Assembly: GCA_018653365.1 (NCBI GenBank)
Contig: JABIAG010000001.1
Span: 698,231-762,230, forward strand
Reading direction: 5' to 3'
From: Candidatus Woesearchaeota archaeon
GTDB taxonomy: Archaea; Nanobdellota; Nanobdellia; Woesearchaeales; JABIAG01
Length of the DNA stretch: 64,000 nucleotides
Part shown: piece by piece, positions 11,238 through 21,396 of the stretch
Numbering within the stretch: the first letter of the stretch is position 1
Layout: the number at the start of each line of letters is the position of its first letter
Notes under the pieces: model-generated
What the model was told of the DNA's origin: nothing
What the model saw: the letters and a program-made list of their open reading frames with translations, nothing else
The model's database searches: none
Translations under genes and position numbers: made by a program

Positions 11238-12370
11238 TTTATATAACGGATCTTTTCACTATAATCCTTTTTCTCCATCTTTCTAAAAACATCTTTAATA
11301 TCCTCTTCAAAAATATCTCTTCCACCAAGTCCAAAAACATAAGACTGAATATTACCAAAAAAGCAATTCTTAATTTCAGAAAACATAGGAGGCATACTTC
11401 CAAAAGACATTGACCTATCTAAAACAGCAACACCCTTAGCATTCTTTAAAGCATCAACAACATCTTTATGAGGGAAGGGCCTAAACATTCTGATCTTTAA
11501 ACAACCAACCTTAAATCCATCCTCTCTTAATTTGTTAACAACATCCTTAACCAATCCAGCAGTAGAACTATTAGTAACAATAACATAATCTGCCTGACTA
11601 ACCTTATAACGTGCAACCGCAGGATATTCTTTATCTCGAATTTTAGAAAATTTCTTCTGAAGTACTTCGTACCTTTTCAAAGCAAGTTCCATTGCTTTCT
11701 CTTGACCCTCCTTAAACTCAAAATAAGAATCAGGCATAGCAAAATGTCCCAAAGTAATTGGTTTTTTGAAATCAAAAAGGTTTACCTTAGAATTATAACT
11801 ACCCACAAAATGTTTAATCTTCTTATCATCTAACACTTCAACAGGCTCGTAAGTATGAGTTGTAATAAAACCATCCATACAAACCATAACCGGAAGTTTA
11901 ACCTCTTCAGCAAGCCTTAAAGCAATAAAAGATAGATCATAAACTTCTTGAGCATTCTCACAATAAAATTGTAACCAACCCTGATCTCTTGCAGCCATAC
12001 TATCAGAATGATCACAGTGAATATTAATCGGAGCAGACAGTGCCCTATTCCCAATATACATCAACATAGGAAGTCTTAAACCAGAAGCCACACCAAGCAC
12101 CTCAAACATGTAAGCAAGCCCTTGAGAAGCAGTAGCAGTAGCAGTACGAACACCACAAGCAGCAGCACCAACACAAGCAGATAATGCAGAATGTTCAGAT
12201 TCAACAGTAATCAACTCGCCAGTAACCTTGCCTTCAGCAAGAATTTTAGAATAACCCTCCGGAATTCCAGTAGCAGGAGTAATTGGATAGGCAGCAATAA
12301 CTTCTGGGTCAATCTGTCTTAACGCCTCAACAGCTGCAGACATCCCATTCATAGCCTTTCTATTTTGCAT
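11234..12370 (-). CDS. porA: pyruvate:ferredoxin oxidoreductase alpha subunit
   Basis: AYPITP, VESEHSA, SQGL; likely start MQNRKAM overlapping the porG end. Confidence 0.93.
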   Translation of the reverse strand: MQNRKAMNGMSAAVEALRQIDPEVIAAYPITPATGIPEGYSKILAEGKVTGELITVESEHSALSACVGAAACGVRTATATASQGLAYMFEVLGVASGLRLPMLMYIGNRALSAPINIHCDHSDSMAARDQGWLQFYCENAQEVYDLSFIALRLAEEVKLPVMVCMDGFITTHTYEPVEVLDDKKIKHFVGSYNSKVNLFDFKKPITLGHFAMPDSYFEFKEGQEKAMELALKRYEVLQKKFSKIRDKEYPAVARYKVSQADYVIVTNSSTAGLVKDVVNKLREDGFKVGCLKIRMFRPFPHKDVVDALKNAKGVAVLDRSMSFGSMPPMFSEIKNCFFGNIQSYVFGLGGRDIFEEDIKDVFRKMEKKDYSEKIRYIK

Positions 12371-12860
12371 TTTTAAAACCCTCATCAAAACATTTCAGAT
12401 TCATATCTGCAATTTTTCCCTTAAACGAATCCTTAATCGCCTTCTCAACAGATTCTTTCTTTAAAATTTTAGTAATCTTAACCAACGCGCCAAGCATGAT
12501 AATATTTGGAAGAGACCTACCAACAATTTCTTTGGCAATCTTCTCAGCATCAACAAAATGATACTTCTTCTCATCAACAGAATTAACAATAATCATCCCT
12601 TTCTTCTTTATTCCAGAAGCAAACTTGTCCAAAGATGTATCTAATACTAAGATGATATCTGGGCTCTTAATAGGCGAACGACTCCTTACAAGAGTATCAT
12701 TTAACTTAAAATACGCATTAATTGGGGTACCTGAACGTTCAGGACCAAACTCAGGATAGGCTAAAAAGAACTTATCTTCATGGTTAGCAGCTCTTGCTAA
12801 AACCTCAACAGCGGTCTTTGCACCCTGACCTCCACGTCCCTTCACAACAACCTCAATCAT
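12360..12860 (-). CDS. porG: pyruvate:ferredoxin oxidoreductase gamma subunit
   Basis: MIEVVVKGRGGQG, FGPERSG, NIIMLGA. Confidence 0.9.
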   Translation of the reverse strand: MIEVVVKGRGGQGAKTAVEVLARAANHEDKFFLAYPEFGPERSGTPINAYFKLNDTLVRSRSPIKSPDIILVLDTSLDKFASGIKKKGMIIVNSVDEKKYHFVDAEKIAKEIVGRSLPNIIMLGALVKITKILKKESVEKAIKDSFKGKIADMNLKCFDEGFKNAK

Positions 12861-12959
12861 CCAGCTGAGATATAGAGAGTCCTTTAAATAGTTTTTGTTG
12901 AATAACACAATAAATTCTGAAAAGTTATCCAATCCATAAAAGAACGCTAATTTCTAACA

Positions 12960-14053
12960 TCAAGGATGATAATTTTTTTCATAATACTCAGTATTTTGTT
13001 TCAATGCCTTTCCCAGTTTATTCCTAATCCCCTGATCAAAAAAATCAAAATCAACCGCTTTACGCTTAAACCATTTCGTATTATGACCCCCATCCCACTT
13101 ACAAAGACTAGCTGAAACCGCACGTGAAAACGATTTTAGCGCCCCACTTAATCTTTTTAAATTTTCAAATATTTTTTTAACTTGTTTAGGAGACCTTTTA
13201 GAAGGATTAAACCTCAAATCATTACCTGCTTTTGAAACCAAACGTCGTTGTCTATCCAATCTATCAAATAAATTATTAAAACCATTAACGAACACACTAC
13301 TGGACCAAGACTTCCCGTCCTCATTACGGTCTGATCTAAAAAAGACTTCCCGTCCTCATTACGGTCTGATCTAAAAAATTCATCAAACCAAACAACACCA
13401 TGTGGATTTTTATCAAAATTAATTAACTCATCCTGACTTAAACTACAAACATATTCCATCCAAGAATAAGTCACAAGAAACCTATACGAGTTGATTAACT
13501 TAGCTATATCTTCTTTAATTTCGGACTCAGAATCGGGACTAGACTCTTCAAATTCAATCAACATTTTCTTAAGGTCTCCCAATATTAGTTCTCCTTTAAC
13601 AACCAAATCCGACCACGCTTTCATGGGGAATCCACTATCACGATTAGAACTTCTAAAATCCCCATCACTCACATCAAGTGGATCTTCAAAATAAGTTGTT
13701 TTAATCACATGAGCCTTAGCAATATCGCGAATTGGCTCTATTACATCTCTAAGCGACTTTATCTTTTCATCCAAACTCTTAGCAAGATCCTTTGAAATTT
13801 CTTTTTTTAACTTAGATTTTCTCTTCTTTTCTTTAGAAGTTAATGCTGTTTCATCCGCTTTCACCAACCCTTTAAACTCCTGGACAACTTGAGCTTTTGG
13901 TAAATCATTACCTGCTTTAGAATCAATACTTTTATCATTTTTAAGAGAAACCAATGAAGCAACCAGTGCAGCAGCAGAAAGACCTAGAACAAGAGCCTTA
14001 ACACTCCTTCTAGCCTGCTTAAAGCGCTTAAAAACCTTCCTTAGTTCACCCAT
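12960..14053 (-). pseudogene. TM-anchored hypothetical protein split by a 35-bp tandem duplication (352 aa if restored)
   Basis: Removing one 35-bp copy joins ORF 13214..14053 to ORF 12960..13295 in frame (...DGKSWSSSVFVNGFNN...). Confidence 0.75.
13307..13378. repeat. perfect 35-bp tandem duplication
   Basis: GACTTCCCGTCCTCATTACGGTCTGATCTAAAAAA starts at 13309 and at 13344. Confidence 0.95.
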
Positions 14054-14111
14054 AAATATTTTTTATCATAAACTTATTTAAAGTTTTCTTTGTTGAAACA
14101 TTAACTAGTTC

Positions 14112-14546
14112 TTAAATAACATCAAAAACCGGCTCTTGAGTGGAATATCTTCGATCAAACTCGCTTGTTTCTGCAGTTATCTCATCAGGAGACATTAAAT
14201 CAAGTCGTTCTCTTGCACGATCCAACCTTGAAGCTACCTCTCCCATCCTGATTCTCCAACTAGCACGAGAATGAGCCTGATGAAATGTAATTCCTGGCAT
14301 AAACTCATGTCTTCTAAACGAATAAAAAGATTTTAACCGCCCATTATAGAACGCAACTCCTAACCTGCCCACCTCTAAAGAAGACAGGTCTGGAACATTT
14401 AAATCGTTTAGTATAGTTCGGGCTTCTTCCAAAGGCACATATCTTGTTAATTGTTCTAAAATCCTGCGATCAGTTAAATTAGGTCCACGAACCCGAGTCA
14501 TCTGAAGAAGCGAATATATGACTGCAGAGTTTTCTTTATCGTTCAT
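14112..14546 (-). CDS. hypothetical protein
   Basis: 144-aa ORF with an upstream TATA box. Confidence 0.55.
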   Translation of the reverse strand: MNDKENSAVIYSLLQMTRVRGPNLTDRRILEQLTRYVPLEEARTILNDLNVPDLSSLEVGRLGVAFYNGRLKSFYSFRRHEFMPGITFHQAHSRASWRIRMGEVASRLDRARERLDLMSPDEITAETSEFDRRYSTQEPVFDVI

Positions 14547-14586
14547 CCCAGAACTAATTAATAAACTTTGAAATATATAATGCGTC

Positions 14587-14638
14587 GTTGTAGAAGTAAC
14601 TACAACAAACCTTAAATAGTTGTTGAATATTCTACAAC
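14587..14638. promoter_or_regulatory. two 20-bp inverted-repeat operators flanking the trmB TATA box
   Basis: GTTGTAGAAGTAACTACAAC (14587-14606) and GTTGTTGAATATTCTACAAC (14619-14638) either side of CTTAAATA. Confidence 0.65.
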
Positions 14639-14641
14639 AAC

Positions 14642-15337
14642 ATGCAAGTAGAAAAAGTATTAGAAAATTTAGGATTTAGTCCAAACGAAATCAAAGTATA
14701 TCTCACTCTCACAGACCATGGTTCAAACAAAGCAGGCAAAATATCTAAACTTGCCAAAATAGATAGAAGCAGCTGCTATAACTCACTAAAAACACTAACT
14801 GAAAAAGGGCTGATCAGTTACGTTATAATAGGCAAAGTAAAATGGTTCCAGGCAACAGGCCCAAGAAGATTACTAGACTATGTAAAAGAACAAGAACAAG
14901 AAGTAAAAGACATACTTCCTGAACTACAGGGAAGACACAAAGCCAATAAAGCCGAAGGACAGGTAAGTTTATTCAAAGGAATAAAAGGAATAAAAACAAT
15001 ATTCTTAGACATAATACGAACAGGAGAAGACAATTACGTATTTGGATCAGAAGGACAACTATCAGAAAGAATGCCTGAATTCGTACAACAATTCAATCGA
15101 ATGAAAAAAGAAAAAGGCATTAAAACAAAAATGATCATAAGAAAAGGAAGAGAGGAACTAGATGAAAGCAATGCCCAACATCATTTCTTAGATGTTAAAG
15201 GAAGCCCAGCAGTAACAAACATATATGGAGACAAAATAGCAATAATCATCTGGACCGACGAACCAGAAGGAATACTAATAGAAAATGCTTCTGCAGCAAA
15301 AGCATATAAAAGCTATTTTGAAATAATGTGGAGTTAG
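14642..15337 (+). CDS. TrmB-family transcriptional regulator
   Basis: LENLGFSPNEIKVYLTL wHTH; IYGDKIAII C-terminal domain. Confidence 0.9.
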   Translation: MQVEKVLENLGFSPNEIKVYLTLTDHGSNKAGKISKLAKIDRSSCYNSLKTLTEKGLISYVIIGKVKWFQATGPRRLLDYVKEQEQEVKDILPELQGRHKANKAEGQVSLFKGIKGIKTIFLDIIRTGEDNYVFGSEGQLSERMPEFVQQFNRMKKEKGIKTKMIIRKGREELDESNAQHHFLDVKGSPAVTNIYGDKIAIIIWTDEPEGILIENASAAKAYKSYFEIMWS

Positions 15338-16332
15338 TACTCTTTCTCAATTCTTAACTCAACCAAAGATAAAGTAAACTTACTAATCATCATAAAGTGG
15401 CCAGACATGCTCTTACTCTGCTCATTTAATTTTTGTTTAATCTTAAAGTGTTCCTGATAAATATTATAATCATTATTACCAAACTTAATTGCTGCGTCCC
15501 TATTAAACTTGTAGAAAAGATGATAATACATCTCAAAATGAGCCTTTGCCATTTTAGCTAGGGGTAAAACTCCTTTCAATGATTCTTTTGAAAGTGCAAT
15601 GTGTTTACCTGCATATTTGAATTCATCTCCAACAAGTTCCAATAAGAAAAGAGTAGAAAATAACAACATTTTTTCGTGATCTGAAAAAGATGCATGCTTC
15701 TTATTTAAAATCCTACAACAGTAATCAACAAATCTATCAATATTAAGATCAATAGTGTGGATTTCTTTACAAAAATCTGAATCACCAAATTCATCATTAC
15801 TCAACGCCTCAATCAAACGATCAAACATTTGTAGAATAACCAAAAAAATTCTTCTTAGTGAATTATCGAATTCTTTAATAGTTGATTCCCCCATTTCACG
15901 AACAATACAATAACTTTTTCCCGTCTCAATAATTCCCATCCCAATAAACCGATCAACAACTCCCTGAATCATAACAATTGGGGGCTTAGAAGGAACCTTT
16001 TCACCCAACTTAGAATAATCAAATTGTGAAGTGTAAAAATGATATGCGTCTTCACATACTTTACGATTAGTATCGAACAATACCTTAATCTCATTACAAC
16101 CAGACCTATACGCTGATTGAAAGAATCTCCAAAGTAAAGGAATAGTAAAGTTAGTAATATCAATTATGGCTGGTTTGTCCTCAAAATGACCCTCCGAAGA
16201 AACTAACAGATTTCCATTTTTTTCTGCAACTTCCAACTCATCACCGGGCTTAACATTAAGCGCCTTTACCCACTCAGAGGGCAACGTCAGAGTCAAAGTA
16301 TTGTGTCCTTGCTTTATAACTTTCCGCATCAT
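15334..16332 (-). CDS. AbrB/MazE-N + PhoU-like regulator
   Basis: RKVIKQGHNTLTLTLPSEWVK N-terminus; PhoU-like helices (LELVGD). Confidence 0.85.
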   Translation of the reverse strand: MMRKVIKQGHNTLTLTLPSEWVKALNVKPGDELEVAEKNGNLLVSSEGHFEDKPAIIDITNFTIPLLWRFFQSAYRSGCNEIKVLFDTNRKVCEDAYHFYTSQFDYSKLGEKVPSKPPIVMIQGVVDRFIGMGIIETGKSYCIVREMGESTIKEFDNSLRRIFLVILQMFDRLIEALSNDEFGDSDFCKEIHTIDLNIDRFVDYCCRILNKKHASFSDHEKMLLFSTLFLLELVGDEFKYAGKHIALSKESLKGVLPLAKMAKAHFEMYYHLFYKFNRDAAIKFGNNDYNIYQEHFKIKQKLNEQSKSMSGHFMMISKFTLSLVELRIEKEY

Positions 16333-16374
16333 TACTTTAAGAAGAGGGGAAGAATATATATAAAGGTTTTGTGA

Positions 16375-16471
16375 ATATTGACAATATACTCTCTATTGAA
16401 AAATATATTGCCCATATCTGAATTGGGTAGAATTGGGGAAAGTATTCTTTTCTGGAAAAATATTGACAAAT
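16375..16471. promoter_or_regulatory. array of (A)TATTG-N-CAATA(T) palindromic boxes in a divergent promoter
   Basis: ATATTGACAATAT at 16375, with degenerate copies at ~16394, ~16405 and ~16460. Confidence 0.45.
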
Positions 16472-16501
16472 AATAAGCTAAAACACCAATAACCAATTGG
16501 C

Positions 16502-17655
16502 ATGCAATCAAATGAGACCATCGAAAGATTTCTAGATAGAGAGCGACCCCCGTTTAATTATGAACGACAGTTATTCAACGACCACTTCTGCTGGGTTTTA
16601 CCTGCACTACGTGAAGACACGCCAACACCCTACGAACTTGAAATACAACCCAGTTCCAAGTGTAATTTAAGATGCGAATGGTGTTTTGGCACAGCATTAA
16701 CATGCGGCAAACTACCAGATAAGTTAGGTTCAGAAGAAATGCGAACCATTGCAGGCAGAGTAGCCGACCTATCTGATGAAGAATTTGGAATAGAAACAGT
16801 AAAGTTTTGTGGAACAACAGGCGAACCACTAATGAACCCACACACAGCACACACAATAAGTATGTTCAAAAATTTAGGAAAACGAGTGATACTATTTACA
16901 AATGGAGTGCTATTAGATGTAGAAGATAGCGCAGGAATCCCAAACCTGGATTATGTTGCGCTAGGCGATAGATTAAATGTTAGTCTGGATTGTGGATCAG
17001 AAGAAACCTTTCAAGCAATAAAAAAAGCAAAAGGATTTGGACGAATAGTGAAAAACCTTGAAAGAATAGTGAGACGAAAAACTGAACTTGGAACAGACCT
17101 AGACATCAGATTAAGTTATGTAATTAGTACAAAAAATCAAGCAGAAATATATCAAACTGCGAAACTAGCACAAAGATTGGGGTTAACGAAATAATATACC
17201 GTGTTGATTTTGTAGCCCACGACCAAGTTCATGAATCTGCAGCATACATTGAAGACCAACTACAAAGAGCAACAGAATTAGAACATGAAGATTTCACTGT
17301 AACCTGCGCCAACACAAAATCAGAAATTGAAGAAGGCGGTGATGCATTTACTGCACAAGGAAGAAAATGTTACAACCACAACTTCTGGGCATGCATAGGA
17401 CCTGATGGGGAATTATACCCTTGTGGACATCGAACATACAAAGGCGTCCCATCATATGGAAGCGTTCTTGAGAACGATTTGGGCGACTTACTAAGATCTG
17501 CAAAACGAACTCAAAGCTTAAGTTGCTTACCTGATGAGCATTGTAAGTTTTGCTCCCCCTCATCACTTAGAAGGAATCAGTTTATGAACTATCTTGCCAC
17601 ATTAAGTGAACCAGAAATTGTTGAGGCACATGAAAAATTAGTACTGCAGAGTTAG
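16502..17655 (+). pseudogene. radical SAM/SPASM-domain protein, frameshifted at the G-run 17179-17182
   Basis: CNLRCEWC motif; the shifted frame continues GVNEIIYRVDF...KCYNHNFWACIGPDGELYPCGH...CKFC to TAG at 17655. Confidence 0.8.
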
Positions 17656-17686
17656 CTTTATATACTAAAAACCATATGTTATTCTT

Positions 17687-19723
17687 ATGTGCGGAATAAT
17701 TGGAATCTTTAATTCAAACAAGATTAGAACTCAACTCAAACAAGGAATGCAAGAGATGAAGCACCGCGGAAGAGATGGTTCAGGCACGTTTATTAAAGAA
17801 AATAATGGAATAGGACATGTACTACATGCAATAGTGAGCAAAGTAAAACAACCACTAAATTCCAAACTAGTTGCCAACTGCGAAATATACAACTGGCAAT
17901 CACATGGAATAAAAGCACGCAATGATGCAGAAATGATTCTAAGATTATTAGAAAAAGAAGGCATAACTGGAATTGAAAAACTCGATGGAGTGTTTGCTTT
18001 AGCATACTGGAATGAAAACAAAATCTACTTGGCTCGAGACATAATCGGAATAAAACCCATCTGGTACAGTCACTCAGACACATTTGCCTTCGCATCAGAA
18101 AAAAAAGTACTAGAAAAGTTAGGATTCGTAGATGTAATAGAATTAAATCCAAGAAAAATACTTGTTTATGACATTAAAACAAATGAAATAGACTTCATTG
18201 AAAGAGAATTCTTCAAACTAAAAGAAATCAAAAAACGAAAACAAGAAATCAAAAAAGAACTAAAGAAAAAACTACTTAGCGCACTAGAAAAACGAATTCC
18301 AACAAAAAAAGTGGGGGTGTTGTTTTCTGGCGGAATTGACTCAACAATAATTGCATATCTACTGAAAAAATGGAAAGTTGATTTCACTTGCTACACCGCT
18401 GTACTAGACGAAAAAGGAATGACAAAAGCAGAAGACCTAGACTGGGCAGAAAAAATAGCAAAAAAATACAAATTTAAATTAAAAACACGAAAAATTGGAA
18501 TAAAAGAAGTAGAAAAATACATCAAAAAAATTGTTCCACTAATAGAAGACTCAAACGTAGTAAAAGTGGGTGTTGCTTTACCATTTTATTTAGCATGTGA
18601 ACAAGCCAAAAAAGACGGTGTTAAAGTAATATTCTCTGGACTTGGAAGTGAAGAAATATTTGCCGGATATGAAAGACACGAAAAAAGTTCCAACATCAAT
18701 GAAGAATGCATTTATGGATTGAAACAAATGTACCAACGAGACTTATATCGAGACGATGTTGTAACAATGTACCACTCAATAGAACTACGCGTACCTTTTC
18801 TAGATAAAGAACTAGTAAATTATGCAACAAGCATTCCAGAAAAATACAAAATCGTTAAAGGAATAAAAAAACACATATTACGTGAAGTAGCACTAGAGTT
18901 AGGACTGGAAAAAGAATTTGCAATGCGAAAGAAAAAAGCAGCACAATACGGATCAAAATTTGATAAAGCAATAGGAAAACTAGCAAAAAAAGAAGGGAAA
19001 AAAAAATCAGAATACTTACGAAAATTCTACCCCTCACACAACCTACGAATTGGAGCATTATTCTCCTCAGGAAAAGACTCAACATATGCTGTTCATATAA
19101 TGCAAAAAATGAATTACGAAATCAGTTGCCTAATTACAATCAAATCTGAAAATAAAGACAGTTACATGTTCCACACCCCGAACATAGAGATGGTGAACTT
19201 ACAAGCTGAAGCAATGAACATTCCACTAGTAAGTGTTAACACAAAAGGAGAAAAAGAAAAAGAATTAGAAGATTTAGAGAATGCAATCAAAATAGCAAAA
19301 GGAAAATACAACCTAGACGGAATCGTAACCGGGGCATTGTTTTCAACATACCAAAGAAACAGGATTGAAAAAATATGCGACAAACTCGGACTAAAATGTT
19401 TTGCACCCCTCTGGCACAAAAACCAAGAAGAATACATGAAAGAACTAGTAAAATCCGGCTTTAAGATCCTGATTGTCAAAATTGCTGCCGACGGATTAAG
19501 CCAACAGTGGGTTGGAAAAGAATTAGATAACGAAGACATAAAAAAACTTGTTGCACTTAATAAAAAAAATAAAATAAACGTGGCATTTGAAGGCGGTGAA
19601 GCTGAAACATTAGTTATTGATGGGCCTTGCTTCAATAAACAAATTCTCATTAAGAAAAGCAAGATAATAACGGAATCTGACTGTATTAGTGAACTAGTAA
19701 TACAGAACGCAGAGCTAAACTAA
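17687..19723 (+). CDS. fusion of AsnB-type glutamine amidotransferase/synthetase and diphthine--ammonia ligase (Dph6)
   Basis: MCGI, HRG, RD-x-IGIKP, FSGGIDS, SGLGSEEIFAGY; then FSSGKDS, SYMFH, GALFSTYQ, FEGGEAET. Confidence 0.9.
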   Translation: MCGIIGIFNSNKIRTQLKQGMQEMKHRGRDGSGTFIKENNGIGHVLHAIVSKVKQPLNSKLVANCEIYNWQSHGIKARNDAEMILRLLEKEGITGIEKLDGVFALAYWNENKIYLARDIIGIKPIWYSHSDTFAFASEKKVLEKLGFVDVIELNPRKILVYDIKTNEIDFIEREFFKLKEIKKRKQEIKKELKKKLLSALEKRIPTKKVGVLFSGGIDSTIIAYLLKKWKVDFTCYTAVLDEKGMTKAEDLDWAEKIAKKYKFKLKTRKIGIKEVEKYIKKIVPLIEDSNVVKVGVALPFYLACEQAKKDGVKVIFSGLGSEEIFAGYERHEKSSNINEECIYGLKQMYQRDLYRDDVVTMYHSIELRVPFLDKELVNYATSIPEKYKIVKGIKKHILREVALELGLEKEFAMRKKKAAQYGSKFDKAIGKLAKKEGKKKSEYLRKFYPSHNLRIGALFSSGKDSTYAVHIMQKMNYEISCLITIKSENKDSYMFHTPNIEMVNLQAEAMNIPLVSVNTKGEKEKELEDLENAIKIAKGKYNLDGIVTGALFSTYQRNRIEKICDKLGLKCFAPLWHKNQEEYMKELVKSGFKILIVKIAADGLSQQWVGKELDNEDIKKLVALNKKNKINVAFEGGEAETLVIDGPCFNKQILIKKSKIITESDCISELVIQNAELN

Positions 19724-20827
19724 TTCATACCGCCCTTTACCAACACGATTGATCAAACCTTTCTTACAATAACGCCAAAGATAAACTGAAGGACTTTGAT
19801 AACCCAATGAGTTCAAACGCGTTTTGAACTGCTTTCTTGTAAATACGCCTTCCTTGTCAGCAATAATTTTCATAATCCGCAAACAGAAATACTGAGGATT
19901 GCGTGCTTTGATCTTCTTCATTGCGTTCAGAATAGTATTCTTCCTCTTTGATAAAAAGCCCACTTCTGAAATAAATCGATTTATGTTTGTAGCATAAATA
20001 ATTAAAACCCAGCGGGCAGTTATTTTTCCTGCTCTAAATCCAGTATGGTTATTACGAACCGCCTCGAAGTAAAGTTTTGACTCAATATTAAAATGCTTTT
20101 GCAACATTTTCTGCTCATCCAAAAGTAGCACAGGAGGTTTGGATTCAATTGCAACACAGACTTCAGGATTAAACTGCTTAAGTTTGCCCTTAAAAACCCG
20201 TTTTGCCAAAGGTAATAAATCTACTTTTACGCAATCATCCACACTTGTATAACGTGTCAATTTTATGTAACGCTTATGTGATGCAATATCCAGTATTGGA
20301 CTGCCCTCCGCTTCAAATGCTACACGCAAATAACTTTTAGCTAAACTCTTATTGTTTTTTATTAAAGCTGGAACAGAAACAGGGAGCGGAATCATATACC
20401 GCACCTGTGCTGGAGCTCTTGAACGCTTAAAACCACTATTGTAATCATACATGATCTTATTCGCAACATCAACAGAAAGTAAACCCTTAATGCATTCAAA
20501 AAACATCTTGTGAAAAAAATCTTCGGGCAAGTTTAAACTGAATTCTGTATTAAATGATCCTTCTGAAAGCATTAATGCATATAGTTTAGCATACAATTCC
20601 GAATTAAAAACTAAAGGAAATTTTAGTTTAAGATGTTTGGACGATCTTATGTGATGTTTAATCCCCATTACCAAGTTTGTTATTTCGCCATAATCAGCAT
20701 AACGCTTGCACTTTCGTACAGTAACTAACGTTCTATCCTTACTTAACTCAGGAAGGGGGTTTTTCAATTTTAACTGTAAAGAATCGGGCAAATCCCACCA
20801 ATTAACTATTAATTCTTCTTCATTCAT
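19715..20827 (-). CDS. free-standing LAGLIDADG homing endonuclease-like protein with C-terminal wHTH
   Basis: LYALMLSEGS and YLRVAFEAEGS motifs; FISEVGFLSKRK. Confidence 0.7.
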   Translation of the reverse strand: MNEEELIVNWWDLPDSLQLKLKNPLPELSKDRTLVTVRKCKRYADYGEITNLVMGIKHHIRSSKHLKLKFPLVFNSELYAKLYALMLSEGSFNTEFSLNLPEDFFHKMFFECIKGLLSVDVANKIMYDYNSGFKRSRAPAQVRYMIPLPVSVPALIKNNKSLAKSYLRVAFEAEGSPILDIASHKRYIKLTRYTSVDDCVKVDLLPLAKRVFKGKLKQFNPEVCVAIESKPPVLLLDEQKMLQKHFNIESKLYFEAVRNNHTGFRAGKITARWVLIIYATNINRFISEVGFLSKRKNTILNAMKKIKARNPQYFCLRIMKIIADKEGVFTRKQFKTRLNSLGYQSPSVYLWRYCKKGLINRVGKGRYELV

Positions 20828-20835
20828 TTTTCGAT

Positions 20836-20877
20836 TCCTCCAAAGTTTTTCAACTACTGAGAACTTTGGAATGGCAG
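20836..20877 (-). promoter_or_regulatory. 5' leader hairpin sequestering the GGAGG RBS of the LAGLIDADG gene
   Basis: Minus strand CTGCCAT-TCCAAAGTT-N14-AACTTTGGA-GGA...ATG; near-identical copy at 53500-53540. Confidence 0.7.
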
Positions 20878-21131
20878 TATAAAAAGAGACTCAACTAGCG
20901 AAACTGCTCTTAAACTTTTAACTTAAGTGACCACAGAGTGGGAAGAGTTTAAGTTGGGAGTTTTGCGCGAGGATCTTTTTCCAAAAGAATCAAAATTTAT
21001 TTATAAACCTGGCGTCAGGACCTGTCCAGTGACCAATGGTTTAAGTATGAAAAATTTCCGGTTTGGCCAGTGGTTTTTTCCACAATTTAAGCAAAAAATT
21101 AAAATAGTTAAGAAAAAAACAGAGATGGAAA

Positions 21132-21329
21132 ATGAAAATACTGGAAAACTTAGGATTGAAAAAGCAGAATCTAAACTCAAAAGAGTATGCCGCTGCTGTT
21201 AAAAGAAAAGACATGCAAATAAAGCAGTTAGAAAGAGATAAAGAAGTGCTAAGAACCACATTATTAAAAAAAGAAAGAGAAATTCTAGAAATGAAAGACA
21301 TCCTCAAAAAAGCTCAAAAATCACTATAA
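21132..21329 (+). CDS. small coiled-coil protein
   Basis: 65 aa, K/E-rich heptads. Confidence 0.55.
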   Translation: MKILENLGLKKQNLNSKEYAAAVKRKDMQIKQLERDKEVLRTTLLKKEREILEMKDILKKAQKSL

Positions 21330-21396
21330 GCACAGTATCTACTAGCAAGGGACAAATACCAATAATGCTTATAAATAGTTCTTTGTTCTTAACAAT

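Noticed and set aside
13307-13378. CRISPR mini-array (35-bp repeat)
   Set aside because: Two directly abutting copies with no spacer, inside a coding sequence.
17192-17194. Stop-codon recoding or an alternative genetic code
   Set aside because: The broken genes continue in a different frame, not through the stop; TGA, TAG and TAA all end normal genes here.
20997-21073. Replication origin (ORB boxes)
   Set aside because: Only a partial ORB-like core, no adjacent orc1/cdc6, and no visible skew inversion; kept only as a motif observation.
20927-21202. 91-aa ORF
   Set aside because: Runs through promoter and hairpin motifs, has a GTG start and overlaps the more plausible 21132..21329 ORF.
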